Shown piece by piece: positions 9,442 through 18,396 of a stretch of 64,000 nt of DNA (the stretch's first letter is position 1; each line of letters begins with the position of its first letter). Both the position numbers and the translations under genes were made by a program. The notes beneath the pieces were generated by a model. It saw only the letters and a program-made list of their open reading frames with translations. It was not told where the DNA came from and made no database searches. Source of the DNA: Nigerium sp. GTDB lineage: Bacteria > Actinomycetota > Actinomycetes > Propionibacteriales > Propionibacteriaceae. The stretch covers positions 3,355 through 67,354 of the forward strand of contig NZ_JBDHZL010000003.1 of NCBI RefSeq assembly GCF_039811905.1, in the 5' to 3' direction.

Positions 9442-10107
9442 TCACCGGAACGTGATCAGGCAGATCGCGGCGAAATGGCAGCTCGCGGCGAGGATCGTGC
9501 ACGCGTGGAAGATCTCGTGGAAGCCGAACCAGGTGGGCCACGGGTCCGGACGCCGCCGCGCGTACACCAGCGCGCCCGCCGAGTAGATGAGCCCGCCGGC
9601 CAGGATCAAGCCGAGCACCAGCGGCCCGCCGCTCTCGTAGAACGGCCGGAGCCACCCGACCGCCGCCCAGCCGAGGCCCACGTAGAGCAGCGTGTAGAGC
9701 CAGCGCGGCGCCGACAGCCAGCAGACCCGGAACGCGACCCCCGCGATCGCCACCGACCAGACGACGGTCAGCAGGACGGCCCGGGTGCGCCCGGTGAGCA
9801 GCATCAGGGCTAGTGGGGTGTAGGTTCCGGCGATGAACAGGAAGATGTTCGCGTGGTCCATCCGGCGCAGCACCGCCTCGCCCCGGGGGCCCCAGTGGCC
9901 GCGGTGGTAGGTGGCGCTCGTCCCGAAGAGCAGCAGCGAGCAGGCGAGGTAGATCGCCCCGCCCACCTTTCCGGACGCCGTCGGCGCGAACACGATCAGC
10001 AGGATCCCCCCGACCAGGGCCAGGGGAGTCATGGCCAGATGTAACCAGCCGCGCAGCTTCGGCTTGACCGCCGAGAGCGGGCTGGTGAGGTCCTGGTGGA
10101 GAGGCAT
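9442..10107 (-). CDS. trhA: Hemolysin III / PAQR-family membrane protein
   Basis: KPKLRGWLH, SATYH, RRMDHANIFLFIAGTYTP, FGFHEIFH. Confidence 0.92.
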   Translation of the reverse strand: MPLHQDLTSPLSAVKPKLRGWLHLAMTPLALVGGILLIVFAPTASGKVGGAIYLACSLLLFGTSATYHRGHWGPRGEAVLRRMDHANIFLFIAGTYTPLALMLLTGRTRAVLLTVVWSVAIAGVAFRVCWLSAPRWLYTLLYVGLGWAAVGWLRPFYESGGPLVLGLILAGGLIYSAGALVYARRRPDPWPTWFGFHEIFHACTILAASCHFAAICLITFR

Positions 10108-10117
10108 GGCGTCCTAA

Positions 10118-10147
10118 CTACGGTTGCGTAAGCTACGGTAGCGTAGG
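10118..10147. promoter_or_regulatory. Tandem palindromic operator upstream of trhA
   Basis: CTACGGTTGCGTAAG + CTACGGTAGCGTAGG; each is TACG-N4-CGTA; begins 10 nt from start codon. Confidence 0.65.
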
Positions 10148-10495
10148 TTTGACGTGAGGGACGCGCAGGTCGCCCTGTGGGCCTGCGTGCGTCCGTCCGG
10201 ACCCCGCGGCGCCGGGCCGCGCGTCCACCTCGGCCCGCCCGGGCCCCGCGCGCGAACCAGTGCTCTCTGGTTGTCGAGAGATCCAGTGGGAACGGCGTTA
10301 TGACCGATCCCGTGCGCACCCGTTCGCGTGCGACAGCCCACACTCGCCGTGACGGAGCCGCGGCGGCCCCCTGTCGATGGTCGTCGCCCCCACGGGCGCG
10401 CGTGGGCGGGCTTCGGTCCGGCGACCCCGGCCCGCACCGCCGCAGGCGTTGTCGCCCAGGGCGGCCCGGGCGACAGGCGTCCCCGCTGATCACCT

Positions 10496-10542
10496 GTGTG
10501 ACGAAATCCCCCTCCCAGGGTGGACAACGTCGCATAGAAACG
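10496..10542. repeat. 47-bp dispersed palindromic repeat, copy 1
   Basis: GTGTGACG AAATCCCC CTCCCAG GGTGGACAACGTC GCAT AGAAACG; ungapped alignment with 30191 and 45019. Confidence 0.7.
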
Positions 10543-12915
10543 TCAGACGCGGGCGAACACGATCTCCTGGACCGCGGCGACGAGGTCGGCGTCCGCCCCG
10601 GAGACCTCCACGGCCCGGGCGCGCGCGGCGGGGTCGTCGTGCCCCCGGACGGCGTCGTACACCCGCTCCTTCGTCACGAGCTCCACCTGCGCCGCCTCCA
10701 GCAGGCGGTACACCCGCCCGACCACGTCGTTCTCGGCGAGCCGCAGCCCGGCGCCGAGCACCACCTCCGCCCCGGCGTCCGCGCTCACCTCGCCGAGGTC
10801 GACGACGAGGCGACCGTCGGCGTCCCATCGGCCCTGCGGCGCGTCGAACCGCTCGAGCCCGACGAACACCACGCTGATCCGCCGCCCGGCGGGCACCAGC
10901 TCGGACGCCCCCTGCGCCGGCCCCACCGTGAATCGCCCGGACGCCCACTCGAACGCCAGCGGCGTCCGGACGCTGCGCGGCCCGGCCGCCCCGTCGTCCT
11001 CGTACAGCACGAACCGCCCGTCGGCCCCGGCGAACACCCGGACCTCCAGGGTCTGCGGGTTCACGTCCGCCCGCAGGTCGTCGGGGCCCGTCAGCGGGAC
11101 GATCGCGCCGGCCTGGGCGAGCACCGGGTACTCCGCCAGCCCGCGGTGGAAGTCGACGATGCGGTCGCCGTCGTAGGCGAGCCCGGTGAAGAAGTCGATC
11201 CAGACCCCCGGCGGCAGCCACCCCCGTGCGGACGCCAGCCGCGTGCTCGCCACCCGCGGCGACGTGATGGGCGCGACCACGAGCTCCGACCCGAACGAGA
11301 ACTCGTTCAGCAGCCGCACGGTGTCGACGTCGACCTTGCGGTAGTAGATCGGCGTCACCAGCGGGACGCCCTCCCGGTGCGCCCGCTCGTTCATCGTGTA
11401 CAAGTACGGGACCAGCCGGTGCCGCAGCCGCAGGAACTCCTCCTGGACGCCCGCCGAGATCGCGTCGTAGCGCCACGGCTCCTTGCCGCCGAACTCACTG
11501 TTGGACGAGTGCAGCCGGTTGACCGGCGAGAACGCGCCGAGCTGCAGCCAGCGCGCCTCCAGCTCGTCGTCGCGCCGGCCCATCATGTGGCCGCCGATGT
11601 CGTGGCTCCACCAGCCGTAGCCGATGTTGGACGCCGTGGCCGTGAACCGCGGCTGGAACTCCAGCGATGCCCACGACACGACCGTGTCGCCCGAGAACCC
11701 CACGGGATACCGGTGCGAGCCCGGCCCCGCGTACCTGCTGAACGTGAGTGGACGCTCGCCGCGGCGGGCGGCGTCCAAGAAATGGAAGTGGTTCAACATC
11801 CACAGCGGGTCGAGCCCGCGGATCGACGTCACGCCGCCCTGCTGCCAGTCGATCCACCAGAAGTCGACGCCGTCGTCTTCGAGCGGGTGGTGTACGAGGT
11901 CGAAGTAGGCGGTCAGGAACCCCGGGTCCGCGATGTCGAACGGGACGGGCAGGTCGCTGGCCGGGTCGATACCGAGCGCCTTCGCGACGGCCGGATACGC
12001 CTCCTCGAACGGCCGGACGCCGTCGGCCGGGTGCACGTTGAGCGTCACCTTCATGCCCCGCCGGTGCAGCGCGGCCAGGAACGCGGGCGGGTCGGGGAAC
12101 AGCCGCCGGTTCCAGGTGTAGCCGGTCCACCCCGACCCGTACCGCTCCGGGACGTCGTCGACGAGATGCCAGTCCATGTCGATGACCGCGACGCTGAACG
12201 GGACACTCCGCTCGGCGAAGCGATCCATCAGCATCAGGTACTCGTCGGCCGAGTAGCGGTGGTAGCGGCTCCACCAGTTGCCGAGCGCGTAGCGGGGCAG
12301 CAGCGGCTGCGGCCCCGAGATCCGGTAGAAGTCGGCGAGGCAGCCGGCGAAGTCGGCGCCGTACCCGAAGTAGTACAGGTCGATCGCGCCCGGTTCGCGC
12401 TCGGCGACCCAGCCGTCGTCGGTGAGCGCGATGGACGCCGAATCGTCCAGCACCGCGTAGCCGCGCATGCTCATCAGCCCGTCTTCCAGCGGGACGGCCC
12501 CGTCGGCCTCATCGAGCGTGCGGGCCGTGCCGCCCATGTTCACCGGGAACCCGTAGTGCGAGCGGGGAGCCGGCTCGCCGTAGCGCCAGATGCCGCCGTA
12601 GTTGATGACGCTGCCGCGCGGCGCGATCGACAGCCCGTTCGTCGCGAACGGACCCCGGTCGTAGCGCAGGTGAGCGTGGTCGGTGACGATCTCCAGCAGC
12701 CGCTCGCCCTCCAGGACCTCGAACGACGGCACCGGGAGCCGGCGGTTCACGACGGTCTGGGTCGCCCGGTCCTCGAAGTGCCCGCTCGGCGAGTACTCCA
12801 GCCTGAAGAGGCGCGATGTCAGGACCGTGATGCGGTAGTGCTCGCCCGCGACGATCGCCGCGGGGTCGGCCTGTGGGGTCGTCGGGGGGCGGAACCGGGC
12901 GGGAAGTTCAGGCAT
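10543..12915 (-). CDS. Glycoside hydrolase family 31 (alpha-glucosidase/xylosidase-like)
   Basis: GNWWSRY, VIDMDWH, WWIDWQQG (nucleophile), FSGDT (acid/base), WWSHDIGGH; leaderless TAGACT 7 nt before ATG. Confidence 0.93.
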   Translation of the reverse strand: MPELPARFRPPTTPQADPAAIVAGEHYRITVLTSRLFRLEYSPSGHFEDRATQTVVNRRLPVPSFEVLEGERLLEIVTDHAHLRYDRGPFATNGLSIAPRGSVINYGGIWRYGEPAPRSHYGFPVNMGGTARTLDEADGAVPLEDGLMSMRGYAVLDDSASIALTDDGWVAEREPGAIDLYYFGYGADFAGCLADFYRISGPQPLLPRYALGNWWSRYHRYSADEYLMLMDRFAERSVPFSVAVIDMDWHLVDDVPERYGSGWTGYTWNRRLFPDPPAFLAALHRRGMKVTLNVHPADGVRPFEEAYPAVAKALGIDPASDLPVPFDIADPGFLTAYFDLVHHPLEDDGVDFWWIDWQQGGVTSIRGLDPLWMLNHFHFLDAARRGERPLTFSRYAGPGSHRYPVGFSGDTVVSWASLEFQPRFTATASNIGYGWWSHDIGGHMMGRRDDELEARWLQLGAFSPVNRLHSSNSEFGGKEPWRYDAISAGVQEEFLRLRHRLVPYLYTMNERAHREGVPLVTPIYYRKVDVDTVRLLNEFSFGSELVVAPITSPRVASTRLASARGWLPPGVWIDFFTGLAYDGDRIVDFHRGLAEYPVLAQAGAIVPLTGPDDLRADVNPQTLEVRVFAGADGRFVLYEDDGAAGPRSVRTPLAFEWASGRFTVGPAQGASELVPAGRRISVVFVGLERFDAPQGRWDADGRLVVDLGEVSADAGAEVVLGAGLRLAENDVVGRVYRLLEAAQVELVTKERVYDAVRGHDDPAARARAVEVSGADADLVAAVQEIVFARV

Positions 12916-13023
12916 GTGCCCGAGTCTAGGGTCGCGCTCCGACACGTCTGGACGCCCCCGGGCGGGTCGGCGTGGGCCCCGGAGTAGGGTCGCCGACGCA
13001 CCCCGTTCGTGAGGAGATCCCGC

Positions 13024-13938
13024 ATGGCTCGCCCGTCCGCCCGCGTCCCCCGCTCGCTCGCCGTCGGCGCCGCCTGGGCGGCCGGGGGCCTCGGCGCGAT
13101 CGTGGGCGCCGGTGCCGCGGGCGTGGCGTACGCGATCTCGGGGGCGTGGCGTCCGCAGTTCGACTACGGGTTCTCGCCGTTCGAGCTCGGCGTCCCGTGG
13201 GAGGACGTCGCCTTCGCCGCCCCCGACGGCGCCCGGCTCGCGGGCTGGTGGCTCGACCGTCCGGGCAGCGACCGCGTCGTGATCATCTGCCACGGCCACC
13301 GCGGCGGGAAGCAGGACATGCTGGGCCTCGGATCGGGGCTGTGGCGGGCCGGCAACACCGTGTTCCTGTTCGACTTCCGCGGCAGCGGCCAGTCGGGCGA
13401 CGGCGTCCAGTCGCTCGCGCACCACGAGCAAGGGGATCTGGAGGCCGCGATCGCGCTCGCGCGCCGCCGGCGTCCGGACGCCCGCCTCGCCGTCATCGGC
13501 TTCTCGATGGGTGGGGCCGTGACGATCCCCGTCGCCGCCCGGACGCCCGCCGTCGAGGCCGTCGTGCTCGACTCGCCGTTCGCCGACATGCGCGACGTCG
13601 TGGCGACCGCGCTGCGCCGCCACCACGTGCCGCCGTGGCCGGTGCTCGCGGCGTCCGATCGCGTGACGGGTCTGCTGTACGGCTACCGCTACCGCGACGT
13701 GCGCCCGGTCGAGGCGATCGCGCGGATTTCCCCGCGCCCGCTGCTGCTCATTCACGGCGCGGACGACCGCATCATTCCGGTCGCCCACGCGCGGGCCCTC
13801 TTCGAGGCGGCCGGGCAGCCGAAGCGGCTCGTGATCGTGCCCGGCGTCGACCATTGCGGCGCCTATTTCGTCGACCGTCCGGGCTATATCGAGCGTGTCG
13901 CCGAATTCCTGGCCGAGGCCCTTCCCGGAAAGAACTGA
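13024..13938 (+). CDS. Membrane-anchored alpha/beta hydrolase
   Basis: CHG oxyanion loop, FDFRGSG, GFSMGG nucleophile, HGADD, DHCG. Confidence 0.88.
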   Translation: MARPSARVPRSLAVGAAWAAGGLGAIVGAGAAGVAYAISGAWRPQFDYGFSPFELGVPWEDVAFAAPDGARLAGWWLDRPGSDRVVIICHGHRGGKQDMLGLGSGLWRAGNTVFLFDFRGSGQSGDGVQSLAHHEQGDLEAAIALARRRRPDARLAVIGFSMGGAVTIPVAARTPAVEAVVLDSPFADMRDVVATALRRHHVPPWPVLAASDRVTGLLYGYRYRDVRPVEAIARISPRPLLLIHGADDRIIPVAHARALFEAAGQPKRLVIVPGVDHCGAYFVDRPGYIERVAEFLAEALPGKN

Positions 13939-14176
13939 CGCGGGGGTCGCGTGCCCTTTCCCGCGCGGGCGACACCGCGTCCGCCCTTCTCATCCCTCGG
14001 ACGCCGTCGAGACCCGATTTGTCTCACCATGCGAATATCCGACGCTTTCCGGCGGTGTCCGCGAATGCGCGCCAGGCGCATTGCCTAGATTTCCTCGCGC
14101 AGGGGTCGCTCCCGGCCCCCCTCCGGTCTTTCGAGCGAAAGCGAATGCTCCTGCCGGAACAGAAAGAGAGAATGGC

Positions 14177-15649
14177 ATGTCGCCATCGACGACGACAGCC
14201 GGCCGCCGCCTCATCCTCATCGTGTGGATGCTGACCGCGGCCGTCTTCGCGGGGATGAACCCCGCGGTCGCGGAGGGAGCCCCCACCTCCACCCAGCCCA
14301 CGCTGACCTCGACAGCCTCCGCCGCCTCCGCGGCGCCCGCCCCCTCCTCGGCCCTCACGCCCGACTCGGCCCAGGGCCGGGCGGGCACGTCGGGCGCGGT
14401 GGTGATCGGCGTCACGCACGGCGCGGGCATCATGACCAAGAACGGCACCTGGTTCGGCCAGTGGCTCAACAAGGGCCGGGCGGGCTACTGCATCGACCCG
14501 AACATGAACGTCGCGAGCATGCCCTGGTGGACTTCGCCGGCCGTCGCCGGGTTCACGTCCGCCCAGGTCGCGCGCCTGTCGTACATCGTCACGACGTACG
14601 GAAACACGAAGGACAACGCCCGCGCGGCGTCCGTCCGGCTGGCGGCGCTGCTCATCGTGGCGCCGAACAGCACGGCCGTGAAGCGCGGCCTCGACGCCAA
14701 GAGCGGGCTGCCGGCCGCGGTGGTCGCGTCCGCCCGGGCGATGGTCGCGGCGTCCACGAAGCTGGCCGGGCCCTACAAGGTGACGGTCACCGTCACGAAG
14801 GCCGCGCTCCCCGGCGGGACGGGCACGGCGAGCGTCGTGGTGCGGTCGGCGTCCGGGACGCCGGTGCCGGCCACCCTGCAACTCTCCGCGACGAACGCGC
14901 GGCTCGCGGCGTCCAGCGTCTCGACCGGCGCGGGCGGCCAGGCCGCGACCGTCACGTTCACCCGTTCGGACGCCCCCGCGCCCGTCACGCTGCGCGCCAG
15001 CGCGCAGCTGGCGGCGGCGTCCGTGCTGATCACGCGGCCCCCGGCCGGGTTCCAGCGCCTGGTGCGCTGGGCGCCCAAGACCGCCGTCGTGGGCGGGGCC
15101 ACGTACCAGCAGACGTTCGGGGCGCCGACGATCACGTACTCCTGCGTGCAGGACTGCACTGGGACGCCGCCCGTGACCGTCCGCGCGTGCAACGCGGCGT
15201 CCGGGCCGGTCACCTACGTCGTGCGCGACAACGGCCGGGACGCCGCCCGCTTCACCGTCGCCGCCGGCCAGTGCGGGACGACCAGCGTCGCCGTCGCCGA
15301 CGGGCACACCGTCACGTCGGCCTGGCAGCTCGGGGCGAACGCCCCGACCGCCTTCGACGGACGCCTGCTCGTCGACTGCCCGCCGGCCCCGCTGATCAGG
15401 GCGAACGTCGACTTCAGTTGCACCGCCGGGAACGTCCGGCTCTCGCTGCCGACGAACACGACCGAGCGCGTCCAGCGGCTCACGGTCGACGGGCAGGTGC
15501 GGCAGACGGTGCAGCCGGGTCAGGAACTGCCGCCGTACGTCCTGTCCGTGCCGTGTGGGCGGAACACGACGGTGGCGTTCCAGTCGTCGATCCAGCGCGC
15601 CAACGGCACCTGGAACGCGGGCCTGGTCGGCAAGATCGTCGTTCCCTGA
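14177..15649 (+). CDS. Secreted Cys-containing surface protein with thioester-domain-like N-terminal module and beta-rich domains
   Basis: Signal peptide (RRLILIVWMLTAAVFAG...AVA), S/T linker, GYCIDP motif, helical segment, beta-sandwich-like repeats; no LPXTG seen. Confidence 0.7.
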   Translation: MSPSTTTAGRRLILIVWMLTAAVFAGMNPAVAEGAPTSTQPTLTSTASAASAAPAPSSALTPDSAQGRAGTSGAVVIGVTHGAGIMTKNGTWFGQWLNKGRAGYCIDPNMNVASMPWWTSPAVAGFTSAQVARLSYIVTTYGNTKDNARAASVRLAALLIVAPNSTAVKRGLDAKSGLPAAVVASARAMVAASTKLAGPYKVTVTVTKAALPGGTGTASVVVRSASGTPVPATLQLSATNARLAASSVSTGAGGQAATVTFTRSDAPAPVTLRASAQLAAASVLITRPPAGFQRLVRWAPKTAVVGGATYQQTFGAPTITYSCVQDCTGTPPVTVRACNAASGPVTYVVRDNGRDAARFTVAAGQCGTTSVAVADGHTVTSAWQLGANAPTAFDGRLLVDCPPAPLIRANVDFSCTAGNVRLSLPTNTTERVQRLTVDGQVRQTVQPGQELPPYVLSVPCGRNTTVAFQSSIQRANGTWNAGLVGKIVVP

Positions 15650-15673
15650 CGGCCGGTCGGTCCCTCATCTGAC

Positions 15674-15726
15674 GGACGCCGCGGGCGCCGGGCCGCAGGG
15701 CCCGGCGCCCGCGCGCGTCGGCGTCC
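15674..15726 (+). terminator. Hairpin after secreted-protein gene, bracketed by GGACGCC...GGCGTCC
   Basis: ggacgcc-gcgggcgccgggcc-gcag-ggcccggcgcccgc-gcgcgtc-ggcgtcc. Confidence 0.6.
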
Positions 15727-15845
15727 GGGGTTCGCGACGCCCGCCCGTCTCGCTGTCCGAAATCTCGCCCAGCGAATTCCGCTGCCCGGGGCCGGTGGGG
15801 GAGGGTTGCCCGGCGACCACCGAATCCTCTTCATCCGCGCCGGCG

Positions 15846-16781
15846 ATGAGCCGGGAGGACCGCAACGCGCGCGTCGCGGTCACCGTCTTCCCGATCCTCG
15901 TGCTGGCCGCCGCGCTGTTCGGCTTCTTCTTCGCGCCGACCGCCCGCGTGCTGACGCCGCACGTCAACACGCTGCTGATCGTCATCATGTTCGGGATGGG
16001 CCTGACGCTGACCCTGCCCGACTTCAAGCTCGTGCTGACCAGGCCGCTGCCGATCCTCATCGGGGTGATCGCCCAGTACGCGATCATGCCGCTCGCGGGC
16101 TGGGCCGTGGCCCGCGTCCTGGGGCTGCCGCCCGACCTGGCGGCCGGGCTCATCCTCGGCGGGTGCGCGCCGGGCGGCACGGCGTCCAACGTGGTCAGCT
16201 ACCTCGCGAAGGCGGACACGGCCCTGTCGGTGACGATGACGTCCATCTCGACGCTGATCGCGCCGATCATGACGCCCCTGCTCACGCTGTGGCTGGCCGG
16301 CGCCTACATGCCCGTGGACGGGCTCGGGATGGCGATGAGCATCGTGCAGATCGTGCTCGTCCCGGTGTTGGGCGGGCTGCTGCTGCGCCTGCTGCTGCCG
16401 CGGCTGACTGAGCCGCTGCTGCCCGCGATGCCGTGGGTGTCGGTCATCGCGATCTCGGGCGTCGTGGCGGCCGTGGTGTCGGGGTCGGCGTCCCGGGTGC
16501 TGCTCGCGGGCCCGATCGTCTTCCTGGCGGTCGTGCTGCACAACGGCATCGGCTACCTGCTGGGCTACTGGTCCGGACGCCTGACCGGCCAGACCGTCCG
16601 GGCCAGCCGGACGATCGCGATCGAGGTCGGCATGCAGAACTCCGGGCTGGCCGCGGGGCTGGCGTCCCTGTACTTCAACCCGACCGCCGCGCTGCCCGGG
16701 GCCGTGTTCTCGATCTGGCACAACCTGTCGGGCGCGCTGCTGGCGATGTTCTTCCGGAGGTCCGGCGAGCTCCACCGGTGA
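15846..16781 (+). CDS. Bile acid:sodium symporter (BASS) family transporter
   Basis: IMFGMGLTL, CAPGGTASNV, TIAIEVGMQNSGLA, PGAVFSIWHNLSG. Confidence 0.92.
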   Translation: MSREDRNARVAVTVFPILVLAAALFGFFFAPTARVLTPHVNTLLIVIMFGMGLTLTLPDFKLVLTRPLPILIGVIAQYAIMPLAGWAVARVLGLPPDLAAGLILGGCAPGGTASNVVSYLAKADTALSVTMTSISTLIAPIMTPLLTLWLAGAYMPVDGLGMAMSIVQIVLVPVLGGLLLRLLLPRLTEPLLPAMPWVSVIAISGVVAAVVSGSASRVLLAGPIVFLAVVLHNGIGYLLGYWSGRLTGQTVRASRTIAIEVGMQNSGLAAGLASLYFNPTAALPGAVFSIWHNLSGALLAMFFRRSGELHR

Positions 16782-16840
16782 CCGCCGTGGCGGCGGAGTT
16801 GCCAGATTGCACCGTTCGCCTGCGGAATACTGGTCGCCCG

Positions 16841-16868
16841 GACTATCGTTGAACCATCAACGATAGTC
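16841..16868. promoter_or_regulatory. Perfect 12-bp inverted repeat, candidate repressor operator
   Basis: GACTATCGTTGA-ACCA-TCAACGATAGTC, 19 nt upstream of FMN reductase ATG. Confidence 0.65.
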
Positions 16869-16887
16869 ACGAGCACGGAGGAAGAGC

Positions 16888-17442
16888 ATGAAGATCGGGA
16901 TCATCGCCGGGTCGGTCCGCGAGGGCCGCGTCGCCGACAAGGTGGCGACCTGGGTCGCGGACCTGGCCGCCGAGAAGAACCCCGAGGCGACGTTCGAGGT
17001 CGTCGACCTGAAGGAGTTCGACGTCCCGCTGCTGACGTCGGCCACCGTCCCCGGCGCTGCGCAGGGCAAGTACGACGACCCGAAGGTGCAGGCCTGGGGC
17101 GACAAGATCGCCGAGTTCGACGGCTACATCTTCGTGACGCCCGAGTACAACCACTCGGTTCCGGGCGCGTTCAAGAACGCGTTCGACAGCCTGGGCGTCG
17201 AGTGGACCGGGAAGCCGGTCGCGTTCGTCTCCTACGGCGCCGACAACGGCGTCCGGGCGGTCGAGCACTGGCGGACGATCGTCGCGAACTTCCAGATGTT
17301 CGGCGTCCGGCAGCAGGTGTCCTTCAACCGCTTCATGGAGTTCCCCGAGGGCGGCTTCGCGCCGCTCGAGCGGCGTCCGGACGAGCTGGGCGTCCTGCTC
17401 GACCAGCTGCTGACCGCCGTCTGGCGGTCGCAGCAGGCCTGA
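16888..17442 (+). CDS. NAD(P)H-dependent FMN reductase
   Basis: IIAGSVREGR, FVTPEYNHSVPGAFKNAFD, KPVAFVSYG. Confidence 0.92.
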   Translation: MKIGIIAGSVREGRVADKVATWVADLAAEKNPEATFEVVDLKEFDVPLLTSATVPGAAQGKYDDPKVQAWGDKIAEFDGYIFVTPEYNHSVPGAFKNAFDSLGVEWTGKPVAFVSYGADNGVRAVEHWRTIVANFQMFGVRQQVSFNRFMEFPEGGFAPLERRPDELGVLLDQLLTAVWRSQQA

Positions 17443-17606
17443 GCGCAGGTCAGCGCCGAGCGGCGCGGACGCCGATGTCGGGCTGGTCGGTGAAGAAGTC
17501 GTCCATCGGGCCGGAGGAGAAGCGCCTCATCGAGCATCACCGGTCGCTCGGCCAGCGCTGAGCCGGCCGGACAGGGTCATCGCGGACCCTTCCCCGGGGG
17601 AAAGAC

Positions 17607-17635
17607 GAGGGGACGCCGCTGTGCGGCGTCCCCTC
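17607..17635. terminator. Terminator between convergent genes; stem is GGACGCC/GGCGTCC pair
   Basis: gaggggacgccgc-tgt-gcggcgtcccctc, 13-bp perfect stem. Confidence 0.75.
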
Positions 17636-17657
17636 GGCCCGTCCGGCGCCGGGCGCG

Positions 17658-18260
17658 TCAGAGCCCCCGGCACTGATCCTGCTTGTCGCCGGCGACCGTG
17701 TTCGCCTCGCCGGTCGGGGCGGGCTGGTTGCCCGTGCACTGCAGGTTGCCGCCGATCGTGTTGTCGGCGAAGCGCTGGGCGTCGCGGTTGTTCGTCGACT
17801 GGAGGTCGCCGTCGATGCGGACGCCCTCGATGTCGGCGGAGCCGCCCCGGTCGAGCTGGATGTTCCCGTCGACCTGGCCGCCGGTCATGGTGACGTCCTC
17901 GTGGCGCTCGCCCACGATGTTGCCGTTGACCGTCACGTCGTTGGCGGTCAACGCCGCCCCCTCGCGGACGGTGATGTTGCCGGAGACCGTCACGCGCGAC
18001 AGCCCGCACGTCTCCCCGCGCCGCACCTCGAGGTCGCCGTCGACCCGGTTCTCCTGGACCTGCGCCTCGCACCCGGTCGCGGCGGGCTGGGCGTCGGAGG
18101 GCTGGGCGTCGGAGGGCTGGGCGGTGGTGGGGGCGGCGGTCGTCGTCGCGGCGGGCGGTGATGTGGTGGCCGGCGGCTGCGTGGCCGGCGCGCCGGGGGC
18201 GCACCCGGCGAGCAGTGCGAGCAGGGCGGCGGCGGGCAGGATCGTCGTTGAGTAGCGCAC
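17658..18260 (-). CDS. Lipoprotein with beta-helix-like (G-N/D-I/L) repeats
   Basis: GTG start after ggag RBS, lipobox LLAGC, AQPSD repeats, repeated VxGNI/DGNI/DGDL/GGNL units; ORF track start 18293 also possible. Confidence 0.72.
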   Translation of the reverse strand: MRYSTTILPAAALLALLAGCAPGAPATQPPATTSPPAATTTAAPTTAQPSDAQPSDAQPAATGCEAQVQENRVDGDLEVRRGETCGLSRVTVSGNITVREGAALTANDVTVNGNIVGERHEDVTMTGGQVDGNIQLDRGGSADIEGVRIDGDLQSTNNRDAQRFADNTIGGNLQCTGNQPAPTGEANTVAGDKQDQCRGL

Positions 18261-18396
18261 GTCGTAGCTCCAGGTCGTGAGGATTCGCTTCACATCGTGG
18301 GGTTCGTTCGACCCTACCGGCGCACGCTCGCGGACGCCTCCCCCCGGGGTGGGTGTGGCGCCCCCGCCGGCACGCCACCGGGAGGCCGCCGGCCGC

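Noticed and set aside
13940-14176. c-di-AMP (ydaO) riboswitch upstream of the secreted protein
   Set aside because: Conserved GCUGAAUC and GGGGAACC-type elements not found; only short GCGAAT repeats
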